The notes below the pieces were generated by a model. The model made no database searches. It was not told the DNA's origin and worked only from the letters and a program-made list of their open reading frames with translations. From assembly GCF_016790065.1 (NCBI RefSeq), contig NZ_JAEUPY010000254.1:15513-79512 (forward strand): a stretch of DNA of 64,000 nt, given 5' to 3'. The DNA comes from Steroidobacter sp. (GTDB lineage Bacteria; Pseudomonadota; Gammaproteobacteria; Steroidobacterales; Steroidobacteraceae). Positions within the stretch are counted from its first letter, which is position 1. Each line of letters begins with the position of its first letter. Of the stretch, positions 32,662 through 42,323 are shown in pieces. A program made the translations under genes and the position numbers.

Positions 32662-33870
32662 ATGCGCATGTCGACCATGGGTTTTTCGCTGGGCTCGTTG
32701 AGCGCCATGATGGAGCAGCAGTCGGGGCTCGCGAAGCTGCAAAACCAGGTGGCACTGGGCACGCGCGTGAGCACGCCTGCCGACGATCCGATCGCGTTCG
32801 TGCACATCCAAGAGTTGCAGCGTGCGCAGTCCGAGTCCGAACAGTTCGCCAAGAACAGCACGCTGGCCAAGAATCGCTTGAGCATCGAAGAACAGGCGTT
32901 CGTCGATACCACCAATGTGATGACGCGCGTGCGCGAGCTGGTGGTGCAAGCGGGTAACGTCGGTACGTTGAGCAACAGCGACCGCGAATCCATCGCTGCC
33001 GAACTGTCGCAGCGCCTGGACGAATTACGCTCCATCGCCAATCGTCAGGACGGCAACGGCGAATATTTGTTTTCCGGCTATTCGACCCGGACCGAGCCGT
33101 TCTCGGGTAGCAACGGTGCCGCGATCAGTTACGTGGGCGATCAGGGCGCACGGCAGTTGCAGATCTCCTCGACACAGAAGATCCCCGATAGTCACAACGG
33201 CTACCAAGTGTTCATGGACATTCCCGAGGGCAATGGCACGTTCGTGACTGCTGTGAATGCCAGCAACACTGGCTCGGGTGCCATGGGCATCGGTTCGGTG
33301 GTGGATCGGGCCGCTTGGGTGCCGGATGACTACACCATCACTTTCACCTCGGCCACGGCTTATGAAATCACCGACGGCGCCACTCCGGCGAACGTCGTGC
33401 AGACCGGCACTTACACTTCCGGCAGCGCCATTACATTCAATGGCGTCAGCGTCACGGTCACCGGCGCACCGGCGACCGGCGACACTTTCGAAGTGAATCG
33501 CAGCCGTAGCGAAAGCATCTTCCAGACCATCGGCGACGTAGTGGACATCCTGAGGCAGCCAGCCGGCGATGCCGCTTCCAACGCCAAGCTGTCGTCGGCC
33601 ATCCAGGGCTCGTTACAACAGTTGGATCAAGCGACCGATCATTTCCTCGGGGTGCGTGCCCAAGTGGGTGTGCGGCTGGCAACGATCGACTCTGTCGACG
33701 CTACGCGCGAGGCGCTGGACATCGACACCGCCAGCACCCTGTCAGATCTACGCGATCTGGACTACGCGCAGGCCCTTACCAAGATGAATCAACAATTGGT
33801 GGGCTTACAGGCGGCGCAGATGTCGTACAGCAAGATCAGCAATCTGTCGCTGTTCAACTATCTCAGCTGA
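32662..33870 (+). CDS. flgL: Hook-associated protein FlgL
   Basis: PADDP, GEYLFSG, LRDLDYA, C-terminal LSLFNYL. Confidence 0.95.
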   Translation: MRMSTMGFSLGSLSAMMEQQSGLAKLQNQVALGTRVSTPADDPIAFVHIQELQRAQSESEQFAKNSTLAKNRLSIEEQAFVDTTNVMTRVRELVVQAGNVGTLSNSDRESIAAELSQRLDELRSIANRQDGNGEYLFSGYSTRTEPFSGSNGAAISYVGDQGARQLQISSTQKIPDSHNGYQVFMDIPEGNGTFVTAVNASNTGSGAMGIGSVVDRAAWVPDDYTITFTSATAYEITDGATPANVVQTGTYTSGSAITFNGVSVTVTGAPATGDTFEVNRSRSESIFQTIGDVVDILRQPAGDAASNAKLSSAIQGSLQQLDQATDHFLGVRAQVGVRLATIDSVDATREALDIDTASTLSDLRDLDYAQALTKMNQQLVGLQAAQMSYSKISNLSLFNYLS

Positions 33871-33897
33871 GATCCGCCGAGCTGATTCGATAGAGCC

Positions 33898-33932
33898 AAA
33901 CCCTGCGCCCACGGAAGTTGCGTAGGGTTTTT
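33898..33932 (+). terminator. Intrinsic terminator after flgL
   Basis: AAACCCTGCGC...GCGTAGGGTTTTT stem with T-run. Confidence 0.65.
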
Positions 33933-34006
33933 AACCCTGTTCTCGTTACTGTAAAGCGCCTGTCCGTGACCCAGTCCTCAGTTTGAATCGATACGGTAAC
34001 ACTCAC

Positions 34007-34033
34007 TCAAGTTCCCCTAAGACGCACCGATAC
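34007..34033 (+). promoter_or_regulatory. sigma28 promoter of flagellin
   Basis: TCAA-N15-ACCGATAC. Confidence 0.82.
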
Positions 34034-34134
34034 ACCACTTGAACAGCAGTCCGGCGCACATCACGCCGTAAGTGCTGAGAAGCAGTCCGAGGGACTAGGG
34101 TCTCCCGGCAAAGTAATCACCAGGAGTTAGTTTC

Positions 34135-35571
34135 ATGGCACTTGTTATCAACACGAACGTGATGTCGCTGAACGCTCAGCGTAACCTGTCGACATCCGCC
34201 AACCAGTTGGCGACCTCCCTGCAGCGCTTGTCTTCGGGTCTGCGCATCAACAGCGCGAAAGACGACGCCGCCGGTCTCGCCATCTCTGAACGTCTGTCGG
34301 CTCAGATCAGCGGCTTGAACGTCGCTGCTCGTAACGCCAACGACGGTATCTCGCTGGCGCAGACGGCCGAAGGCGACCTCGCCCAGATCGGCAACAACCT
34401 GCAGCGTATGCGCGAACTGGCCGTCCAGTCTGCCAACGCCTCGAACAGCGTCTCGGACCGCGCCGCGTTGAACGCCGAAGTTCAGCAGCTCGCCCAGGAA
34501 ATCGACCGCGTCGCCCAGGCTTCTTCGTTCAACGGCGTGAAGCTGTTGGATGGTAGCTTCCAGGCGCAGGTGTTCCAGGTCGGCGCGAACGCGACCTCGA
34601 CCGACCAGATCACTGTCGATTCGATCACCAATGCCCGCTCCAGCGCGCTCGGTGCTTACAACGGCTACAACCAGCAGAACGTGGGCGTGACCTACAACGC
34701 CACTGCTCAGGCCTTCACCGCCAGCATCGCGACGGCCTCCGGCACGCAGACCGTGAACTTCGGCACCCTCTCCACCGACGCTAAAGTGATTGCTCAGGCG
34801 ATCAACAGCTCGGGCGTTGCGGGTCTGCAGGCGACTGCCGATGCCAACGTGGTGACTGGTACGACCACCAACGGCGTGACCGTTGCCGGTACCGACACCA
34901 TCACTTTGAACGGCACGACCATCAGCATTGCTGGTACGACCGACGCTCTGACCAACCGCGCCAACGCGGTGACCGCGATCAACGCGCAGTCGGCGACGAC
35001 TGGCGTGTCGGCGGTGGACACGGGTTCGGGCCTGCGCCTGACGGCTGCTGACGGCCGCAACATCTCCGTGGCCTTCGGCACGGCGGGTTCGACCGGCGGT
35101 GACTTGGCGTCTTACGGCCTCGGCGGCCTGAGCGACCACACCGGCACGTTCGACCTGACGTATCAGGCGGCGACCGGCGTCAACAGCATCACCTTCGGTG
35201 GCGCGCTGGCGACGACGCTCGGCACGACCACGCACAACGTCGGTCAGACGGGTAACGCGATTTCGACGATCAACGTCAGCACGGCTGAAAATGCCCGCAA
35301 CGCGTTGGCCTCGATCGACGCCGCGCTGAGCCAGATCTCCGGCGCCCGCGCCACGCTCGGTGCGACTCAGAACCGCTTCACTTCGGTGGTGGCGAGCTTG
35401 CAGACGACTGCCGAGAACTTGTCGGCTTCGCGTAGCCGAATTCAGGACGCGGACTTCGCGTCGGAAACGGCGGCGATGACCAAGGCCCAGATCCTGCAGC
35501 AGGCAGGTACGGCGATGGTGGCCCAGGCGAACTCTGCTCCGCAGAACGTCCTGTCGCTGCTGCGCGGTTAA
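34135..35571 (+). CDS. fliC: Flagellin
   Basis: INTNVMSLNAQ, RLSSGLRINSAKDDAAG, LGATQNRF, SRIQDADFA. Confidence 0.98.
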   Translation: MALVINTNVMSLNAQRNLSTSANQLATSLQRLSSGLRINSAKDDAAGLAISERLSAQISGLNVAARNANDGISLAQTAEGDLAQIGNNLQRMRELAVQSANASNSVSDRAALNAEVQQLAQEIDRVAQASSFNGVKLLDGSFQAQVFQVGANATSTDQITVDSITNARSSALGAYNGYNQQNVGVTYNATAQAFTASIATASGTQTVNFGTLSTDAKVIAQAINSSGVAGLQATADANVVTGTTTNGVTVAGTDTITLNGTTISIAGTTDALTNRANAVTAINAQSATTGVSAVDTGSGLRLTAADGRNISVAFGTAGSTGGDLASYGLGGLSDHTGTFDLTYQAATGVNSITFGGALATTLGTTTHNVGQTGNAISTINVSTAENARNALASIDAALSQISGARATLGATQNRFTSVVASLQTTAENLSASRSRIQDADFASETAAMTKAQILQQAGTAMVAQANSAPQNVLSLLRG

Positions 35572-35581
35572 TCGAGTGTGA

Positions 35582-35947
35582 ATGATGAGCAGGCTTGACG
35601 TAAGTCAGGTCGAAGCGGGCGGGGAGGTCGTGAGACCTCTCCGCTCGCCGTCATTTCCGCAGCCGACCACGGCAGCCGAAGCGACGCCAGCGAGTCAACC
35701 CGCTGTGCCCGCGGAGCCTTCGCCTGAAGAGGTGAAGCGCGCCGCCCGGCAATTGGAAACATTCATGCAGAGCATGAATCGTTATCTGGAATTCAAGATC
35801 GACCAGGACAGCGGTCGTACGGTGGTCACCGTCAAGGACAAGACCACCGGCGATACCATCCGGCAGATCCCCACTGAAGAAGTGCTGCGCCTGGCACAGA
35901 ATCTGGGCGGCAAGGCACACACCGGTCTGATCGATCAGACCGCGTAA
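35582..35947 (+). CDS. flaG: Flagellar protein FlaG
   Basis: LEFKID...VVTVKDKTTGDTIRQIPTEEVL; located between fliC and fliD. Confidence 0.92.
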   Translation: MMSRLDVSQVEAGGEVVRPLRSPSFPQPTTAAEATPASQPAVPAEPSPEEVKRAARQLETFMQSMNRYLEFKIDQDSGRTVVTVKDKTTGDTIRQIPTEEVLRLAQNLGGKAHTGLIDQTA

Positions 35948-35965
35948 TCGAGAAGGAAGCAGGCA

Positions 35966-37342
35966 ATGGCAACTTCAGGCATCACCGGTGGCTCACAGAT
36001 CGACGTGCAATCGCTGGTTTCCCAGCTGGTCGCCGCCGAACGCAAACCGCTCGACGATCAAGTGACGCGCGCGACCACCAAGGTCACGACCCAGATTTCT
36101 GCGACCAGCGCCTTGCTCGGTTCGTTGTCTGCATTCCAAGCGCAGTTGAACGGGCTGAAGACCACCACCGCGTTCAGCGGCCGTGCTACTTCGAGCACCG
36201 ATCCCGAGATTGCGACTGCTACTGCGACTACTTCCGCTGTGCCGGGCCGTTACGACATCGAAGTGCAGCAGCTCGCGACCGCGCAGCAGCTGTCTTCGAC
36301 TGCATTCGTGGGCGGCAGCAGTGCCGTCGTCGGCACGGGCCAGCTGACCATCTCGTTGGGTGCCACTAGTTTCAATGTGAGCATCGGCGCCACGGCCAAC
36401 ACGCTGGCCGATGTGCGTAACGCGATCAATTCCGCCACGGACAATCCGGGCGTGACCGCGACCATCATCAACGCCAGCGACGGCGCGCACCTGGTGCTCA
36501 CGTCGACCAAGACGGGTGCTGCCAATTCGATCCAGGTGACGCAGTCCGGCACCATGAGTCAGCTGGAATACACGACGACCAATCAGGCCAACTACACGCA
36601 GCTGCGGGCTGCGGCCGACGCGCAAGTGACGGTGGCAGGCTACGCCACCACCAGCGCTACCAACGTCATCGAGAACGTCATCGACGGCGTGTCGTTGAAT
36701 CTGGTGTCGGCCGAGCCGGGCACCACGGTCAGCATCGATGTGAACTACGACAAGACCGCGGCCAAGGAAAAGGTCACTGCCTTCGTCACGGCTTACAACA
36801 CGCTGCGTACCATGTTGACCGCGCTCGGCGGCTACAACGCAACCACCAAGGTCGCGGGGCCGATGCTTGGCGACTCGATGTTGACCGGCATCGACGCAGA
36901 GATTCGTCGCACGTTGTCCGAGCCGGTGGCGGCAGCTGGCGGCGGCGCTGTGCAGACCCTCGCCGATATCGGCATCAGCACGCAGGCTGACGGCTCGCTC
37001 AAGGTGGACGACACCAAGTTGACTGCGGCCTTGAACAGCAACTTCGATGCGGTGAGCCGGTTGTTCGGTACCGACCAGACTGGCGTTGCTTCGCGTCTGT
37101 ACACGCAGATCGAGACTCGGCTGGCCGACGGCTCCGCCATCGACCAGCGTACCGAGAGCTTGCAGACGCAGAAGCGTGCACTCGAGAAGAAGAGCGCCGA
37201 TATCGACACGCGCATGGCCATCGTGCAGAAGACCTATCTGGCCCAGTTCACACGGCTCGACACGTTGCTGTCGTCGCTGTCGTCGACTTCTGCCTACTTG
37301 GGTCAGCAGATCGATTCCTTGCCGAAGTGGTCGTCGGATTAA
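35966..37342 (+). CDS. fliD: Filament cap protein FliD
   Basis: IDVQSLVSQLVAAE, VQQLA, TLADIGI, QFTRLD. Confidence 0.95.
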   Translation: MATSGITGGSQIDVQSLVSQLVAAERKPLDDQVTRATTKVTTQISATSALLGSLSAFQAQLNGLKTTTAFSGRATSSTDPEIATATATTSAVPGRYDIEVQQLATAQQLSSTAFVGGSSAVVGTGQLTISLGATSFNVSIGATANTLADVRNAINSATDNPGVTATIINASDGAHLVLTSTKTGAANSIQVTQSGTMSQLEYTTTNQANYTQLRAAADAQVTVAGYATTSATNVIENVIDGVSLNLVSAEPGTTVSIDVNYDKTAAKEKVTAFVTAYNTLRTMLTALGGYNATTKVAGPMLGDSMLTGIDAEIRRTLSEPVAAAGGGAVQTLADIGISTQADGSLKVDDTKLTAALNSNFDAVSRLFGTDQTGVASRLYTQIETRLADGSAIDQRTESLQTQKRALEKKSADIDTRMAIVQKTYLAQFTRLDTLLSSLSSTSAYLGQQIDSLPKWSSD

Positions 37343-37369
37343 TGTGAACGGTACGGTGGTTTCCGGTAC

Positions 37370-37396
37370 TCAAGTAACCCTCCGGAACGCCGTTAT
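37370..37396 (+). promoter_or_regulatory. sigma28 promoter of fliS operon
   Basis: TCAA-N15-GCCGTTAT. Confidence 0.8.
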
Positions 37397-37419
37397 CCAA
37401 TTCAAGGAATGATGGAGTT

Positions 37420-37830
37420 GTGAGCATGTTGGGTTACGCAAAATCTTCGAATCTCGCTGCTTATCAGAGCGCTGCTGCGCATGGTGGGGTGGCGGCTTCG
37501 GACCCGCATCGCCTGATCGTGATGCTGCTGGACGGCGCCGTGGAGCGCATCGTCACGGCACGCGGTTGCATGCAGCGTAACGAGACTTCCGAGAAGGCTC
37601 GCCTGCTCAATCGCGCTGTCTCCATCATCGGCGAGTTGCGCAACAGCCTGGACCTGCGCCAGGGCGGCCAGATCGCCGCCAACCTGTCGGAACTGTACGA
37701 TTACATGTGTCGTCGCCTGTTGCTCGCCACCAGCGAGAACAAGGTCGAGATGTTGGACGAAGTGAGCACGCTGCTCCACGAAATTCGTGGCGCCTGGCTC
37801 GCGATTGCTCCGGAGGGTCGTGGCCGATGA
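37420..37830 (+). CDS. fliS: Flagellin chaperone FliS
   Basis: PHRLIVMLLDGA, GGQIAANLSELYDYM, EIRGAW; start 37420 (GTG) or 37426 (ATG). Confidence 0.95.
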   Translation: MSMLGYAKSSNLAAYQSAAAHGGVAASDPHRLIVMLLDGAVERIVTARGCMQRNETSEKARLLNRAVSIIGELRNSLDLRQGGQIAANLSELYDYMCRRLLLATSENKVEMLDEVSTLLHEIRGAWLAIAPEGRGR

Positions 37831-38156
37831 GTTCGCCGATCGCCGATGGGGTGTTAGCTGCGACTCACAAGTTGGTGCAGCAGGCCATGACCGGTCAGTG
37901 GCAGGAGATGCCCAAGACCGTGCAGGAACGCCGCGAGCTGTTGAACAACCTGTCGGCGTCGGCTTCGCCGCAGGATCGTCAATGGCTGGGCGCGCTCCAG
38001 CAGGCAATGGCAGAATCGGATGCGGCGGTGGCCAAGATCGCCCCCGCCAACGTGATGGCTGATTTGTCACAGGGAACGGCTGCCGCCGGCGTGGTCGACA
38101 CGCCCAACTCGGCCGCGGTGGACAGCATGATGGAGCTGCTCAGACAGAGCAGATAG
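37827..38156 (+). CDS. FliT-like small helical protein
   Basis: ATG overlaps the fliS stop (ATGA); QAMTGQWQEM...ERRELL resembles FliT; syntenic position. Confidence 0.6.
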   Translation: MSSPIADGVLAATHKLVQQAMTGQWQEMPKTVQERRELLNNLSASASPQDRQWLGALQQAMAESDAAVAKIAPANVMADLSQGTAAAGVVDTPNSAAVDSMMELLRQSR

Positions 38157-38160
38157 CTGT

Positions 38161-38727
38161 ATGTATGAAGGACTAGACACGGTCATTCTGTACGAAGAGC
38201 TCGCCTACGAAGACGTGTTGCCCGTGGCTTGGAGGCCGCTGCCCGAACCGTTCGATCCGGCGCTGGTCGGCAGCTTTGCCGATCGCAACCTGCGTGTGTT
38301 GCAGGCCGTCTCCGCGCTCGATGAGCACGGCCAGATCGAAAAACCCGACGAGAACGCGCCGCATGCCGCCGATATCCAGCGGCTGGAAATGAAAATGAAT
38401 CTGTTGCTGGACATGGTCGGCGCCTTGCTGATCGCCAGCCGGCCTCGGCCCAAAGCCACTGCGGTTCGTTTCAATGCGCTGGGCGGAGTGTTCCAGGGCA
38501 CGGCGCCGTATCCGCCGCTGGGCAACCAGGGCGTGTTCGAAGTTTATCTGCGGGACTCGGTCGCCGATCCGTTACGCCTGTTCGGCCGCATCGCTTCGGT
38601 GAGCCCGGACGGCAAAATCAAAGTGCGCTTCGTGCCGCCGGGCGAGAACATTTCCGACCTGCTCGAGAAGCTGGCCTTCCGCAAGCATCGCCGCCAAGTG
38701 GCCGGCGTGCGTCAGCCCAAGAAGTAG
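38161..38727 (+). CDS. Atypical (tPilZ-like) PilZ-domain protein
   Basis: QRLEMKMNLLLDM helical insert, beta-barrel region, C-terminal LEKLAFRKHRRQVA; a similar gene follows fliS in xanthomonads (recalled). Confidence 0.7.
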   Translation: MYEGLDTVILYEELAYEDVLPVAWRPLPEPFDPALVGSFADRNLRVLQAVSALDEHGQIEKPDENAPHAADIQRLEMKMNLLLDMVGALLIASRPRPKATAVRFNALGGVFQGTAPYPPLGNQGVFEVYLRDSVADPLRLFGRIASVSPDGKIKVRFVPPGENISDLLEKLAFRKHRRQVAGVRQPKK

Positions 38728-38786
38728 TCGCCGGCGCACCGGCCGGCCCGGTTTGCCGTTGAGTTCGCAAGCGTCGTTGTCCACAC

Positions 38787-38808
38787 AAGTGTGACGCACG
38801 TCGCACTT
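38787..38808. promoter_or_regulatory. CRP/Vfr/Clp-type box upstream of fleQ
   Basis: AAG-TGTGA-CGCACG-TCGCA-CTT, near-perfect palindromic arms over 22 bp. Confidence 0.7.
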
Positions 38809-39056
38809 GATTTGCGCACGCCAATTGTTCGACACCCCTACGCTATTGCATGGCCGCGATGAAAGTGCGCGCCAGTGCGCATTTTTTTGCGGCCTCCACC
38901 ATGCTTTACTCGCTCGACCCCTGAGCTGGGCGCCAAATTTCTGGCAGCAGTTCACGCACGTGAGGCGTTCAGGGAGAGCCTGATAGAGCCATTCGTCACT
39001 ACGCACAGAATGCTCATCAGGCATACCAGACAACGCGGCGTCGAGCGCGAGGCGTA

Positions 39057-40565
39057 GTGATGAATTTGAACGACACCCAGGCGAGGGGCCTGACCATCCA
39101 GCAAGCAGTCGTCTACGACAGCGATACTGGCCGGGCAGAAAAAGTCGCGGAAGTTTTACGTGAACTGAGTCTCGAACCGTTACTCATCGACCACGGTGCG
39201 TTGATGCGGGCCGTGATTCAAACCCCGAACAATCCGCCGGCACTGTTGGTGGGCGATGTGGACGAATCCGACTGGGTCGAACTCGGCGCCACGTTGCGCG
39301 GCCAGCTCAGCGACATCCCGGTGGTGGCTTATGGCTCCGCGGCGGTCGCGGAACAGCTCATCGCAGTCGTCGGCCCGCGTGTGCGCCGGCTGCAGTTCCC
39401 ATTCAAGCCCTCGGTGCTGGGCACTGCCTTACGCATCCCTGCACAAGCTACACAGGCCGAGGTTGGCGATGTCGCCATGCCTACCGGCACGTCGGCCGCC
39501 ATTCGCGATGTGACGCGCCTGATTCGTCAGGTCGCCGCACACGACTCGAGCGTGCTGATCCTGGGTGAGTCGGGTACCGGCAAGGAGCTCGCCGCTCGTG
39601 CCGTCCATGAGGCCAGCCCGCGTCGGCAGCGCCCGTTCGTCGCCATCAACTGCGGCGCCATCCCCGCAGAGTTGCTGGAGAGCGAACTGTTCGGCCACGA
39701 GAAGGGCTCCTTCACCGGTGCCATCGCCGCTCGTAAGGGGCGCTTCGAGATCGCCGAAGGCGGCACGCTGTTCTTGGATGAGATCGGCGACATGAGCCTG
39801 CCCATGCAAGTGAAACTGTTGAGGGTGCTGCAGGAACGCGTGTTCGAGCGCGTTGGCAATCACGCGCCGATCCGCTGCAACGTCCGCATCATCGCCGCCA
39901 CTCATCGCAACCTCGAGGACTCCATTGCCAAGGGCAATTTCCGCGAGGACTTGTTCTATCGCTTGAATGTGTTCCCCATCGAAATGCCGGCCTTGCGCAC
40001 CCGGATCGACGATCTGTCGATGCTGGTGCGCGACTTTTCCGAGCGTAATGCTCACGAAGGCCGCAGCCGTGTAGAACTGACCGGTCGGGCGTTGAAAGTG
40101 CTGAGCCACTATCCCTGGCCCGGCAACGTGCGCGAGCTCGGTAACCTGATCGAGCGCATGTCCATCCTGTGCCCGAATCGTAAGGTCGACGTGGCCGATC
40201 TGCCGCTGAAGTATCGGCCGGCGGAATTGCTGGCCGAGCTGGACCTGAGCGATGACCTGGCGCTGCCGGCGGAAACCCTGGAAGCGGAGTTGGACGCCGA
40301 AGACGCCGACGACGAGGACCAGGAAGTCATGGCCATGCTGAGCAGCGAGCCGAGCGAAACGGCAGTCGTGCAGCTGCCGCCCGATGGCATCGACTTGCGC
40401 GATCACTTGTTCACCATCGAACGCGATCTGATCCAGCAGGCGTTGAGCCGAGCCGGCGGCACCGTGGCGCACGCGGCTCGCTTGCTCAAACTGCGTCGGA
40501 CCACGTTGGTAGAAAAGCTGCGCAAATTTCACATGCTCAACGAGGCGGCCGCGTCGGAACTTTGA
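39057..40565 (+). CDS. fleQ: sigma54-dependent master flagellar activator FleQ/FlrA
   Basis: Degenerate REC-like N-terminus, [44 protein letters not shown] typical of FleQ. Confidence 0.9.
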   Translation: MMNLNDTQARGLTIQQAVVYDSDTGRAEKVAEVLRELSLEPLLIDHGALMRAVIQTPNNPPALLVGDVDESDWVELGATLRGQLSDIPVVAYGSAAVAEQLIAVVGPRVRRLQFPFKPSVLGTALRIPAQATQAEVGDVAMPTGTSAAIRDVTRLIRQVAAHDSSVLILGESGTGKELAARAVHEASPRRQRPFVAINCGAIPAELLESELFGHEKGSFTGAIAARKGRFEIAEGGTLFLDEIGDMSLPMQVKLLRVLQERVFERVGNHAPIRCNVRIIAATHRNLEDSIAKGNFREDLFYRLNVFPIEMPALRTRIDDLSMLVRDFSERNAHEGRSRVELTGRALKVLSHYPWPGNVRELGNLIERMSILCPNRKVDVADLPLKYRPAELLAELDLSDDLALPAETLEAELDAEDADDEDQEVMAMLSSEPSETAVVQLPPDGIDLRDHLFTIERDLIQQALSRAGGTVAHAARLLKLRRTTLVEKLRKFHMLNEAAASEL

Positions 40566-40641
40566 CGGACGCGGTCTGAGCTCACGCGGCCCCGAGTGCT
40601 TCCCTAAGCGCAACCCCTACTCGGATGGCCGCGATTGCCGC

Positions 40642-40673
40642 GGCAAACCTTTGCCGGTGTGATGCACTCCACA
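40642..40673. promoter_or_regulatory. FleQ-like palindrome plus adjacent CRP/Clp-type box upstream of the fleR-like/fliE operon
   Basis: GGCAA-ACCT-TTGCC (40642-40655) and TGTGA-TGCACT-CCACA (40658-40673). Confidence 0.6.
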
Positions 40674-40706
40674 GGATTCACCGGCAAACCCAGCCAATCC
40701 CGGCAC

Positions 40707-40722
40707 TGGAACAGAACTTGCT
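40707..40722 (+). promoter_or_regulatory. sigma54 promoter of the fleR-like-fliE-K operon
   Basis: TGGAAC-AGAAC-TTGCT. Confidence 0.85.
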
Positions 40723-40755
40723 CCCTATCTGGGTGGCAACCAGAGATCCAAACGA

Positions 40756-41889
40756 ATGAGCGCAGTGTCACAAACCGAATTCGACGACGTAAGCACCGAG
40801 CAGGCGGCCAATGAAGACGCCGCTGCGGTGGAACGTGCGTCGCTGGCGTCCTCGGACGACATGGTGGCGATTGCGGATACCTCGCGCCGCCTGGCCGACC
40901 TGGCCCGCCGCGTCGCTGCCAGCGACTGCACGGTGCTGATCGCCGGCGAATCGGGCACCGGCAAGGAAGTGCTGGCGCGTTTCATCCATCGTTACTCGCC
41001 GCGTGCCAACCAGGCCTTCGTGGCGGTCAACTGCGCGGCCATTCCGGAAAACATGCTCGAAGCCATTCTGTTCGGCTACGAGAAGGGTTCTTTCACCGGC
41101 GCGCATGCCAGCCACGCCGGCAAGTTCGAGCAGGCCCAGGGCGGCACGTTGTTGTTGGACGAAGTGACCGAGATGCCGCTGGGCTTGCAGGCCAAGCTGT
41201 TGCGCGTTCTGCAGGAACGCGAAGTGGAGCGCCTCGGCGGTCGCGGTTCGATCGCGCTGGACGTGCGCGTGCTGGCCACCACCAACCGTAACTTGCGAGC
41301 TGAAGTGGCCGCCGGCCGGTTTCGTGAAGATCTCTACTATCGGTTGAATGTGTTTCCTTTGCAGACCTCGCCGTTGCGCGAGCGTCGCGATGACGTGTTG
41401 CCGCTGGCGATGCGTTTGTTGACGGCTCGTTGCCGCGCCGGCGAGCGTATTCCGGCACTGAGCGCCGATGCCGCTCACATGTTGTTGCTGTATCCGTGGC
41501 CGGGCAACGTGCGTGAACTCGACAACGTCATGCAGCGTGCTTTGATTCTTGCCAACGGTGCGGTGATCCAGCCGGAGCATGTGCATCTGGAGATCGAAGG
41601 TTTGGACGCACTGCCGGCCGCGTTGGCCGCTGCCAGTCAGACGGTGCGTGATTTCGTTTCTTCCCCGCAGCGTCCAGTCGTGCAGGAAGCCGCACGCAAG
41701 CACGGTGCAGCGGAAGGTGGACTGTCCAATTCCCTGTCCAGCGCCGAGCGCGATTTGATTTTGGACGCGTTGCGTTCCGACGGTGGTAATCGTCAGGCCG
41801 CAGCCAAGCGTCTTGGTATCAGCCCGCGCACGCTGCGATACAAGTTGCAGCGCCTGCGTGAAGCGGGCTTCGTGGTTCCGGCCGCCTGA
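40756..41889 (+). CDS. FleR/FlrC-like sigma54 activator lacking the receiver domain (AAA+ and HTH only)
   Basis: GESGTGKE about 60 aa from the start, [38 protein letters not shown]; located immediately before fliE. Confidence 0.88.
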   Translation: MSAVSQTEFDDVSTEQAANEDAAAVERASLASSDDMVAIADTSRRLADLARRVAASDCTVLIAGESGTGKEVLARFIHRYSPRANQAFVAVNCAAIPENMLEAILFGYEKGSFTGAHASHAGKFEQAQGGTLLLDEVTEMPLGLQAKLLRVLQEREVERLGGRGSIALDVRVLATTNRNLRAEVAAGRFREDLYYRLNVFPLQTSPLRERRDDVLPLAMRLLTARCRAGERIPALSADAAHMLLLYPWPGNVRELDNVMQRALILANGAVIQPEHVHLEIEGLDALPAALAAASQTVRDFVSSPQRPVVQEAARKHGAAEGGLSNSLSSAERDLILDALRSDGGNRQAAAKRLGISPRTLRYKLQRLREAGFVVPAA

Positions 41890-41909
41890 TCGCACTGGAG
41901 TAAACAGAC

Positions 41910-42263
41910 ATGTCTTCATTGCAAATCGATGCTGTGCTCTCGCAGATCCGCTCCATGCAGTCGCAGATCAAGGGCGTCGGCGCTCCGCAGAACGACGTTG
42001 CCAAAGCGGCGGGTGTGGAAAGCGCGGTCCAAGCGCCGACCAACTCGTTCGCCAACGTGATGAAGCAGGGCTTGGACTCGGTCAACCAGGCGCAGTCCAA
42101 GGCTTCGGATCTGGCCACCAAGTTCGAGCAGGGCGTGCCCGGCGTCGAGCTGCCGCAAGTGATGTTGGAAATGCAGAAGGCGAGCGTGTCCTTCCGCGCC
42201 GTCACCGAAGTGCGTAATCGCTTCGTGAGCGCGTATCAAGAAATCATGAATATGCCCATTTAG
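41910..42263 (+). CDS. fliE: Hook-basal body protein FliE
   Basis: QKASVSF...EVRNRFVSAYQEIMNMPI. Confidence 0.95.
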   Translation: MSSLQIDAVLSQIRSMQSQIKGVGAPQNDVAKAAGVESAVQAPTNSFANVMKQGLDSVNQAQSKASDLATKFEQGVPGVELPQVMLEMQKASVSFRAVTEVRNRFVSAYQEIMNMPI

Positions 42264-42323
42264 TAGTGACGAGCTGACAGTGACTATTGAATTTATGTGC
42301 GAGTGGAATGTTCGGAGTGAAGG

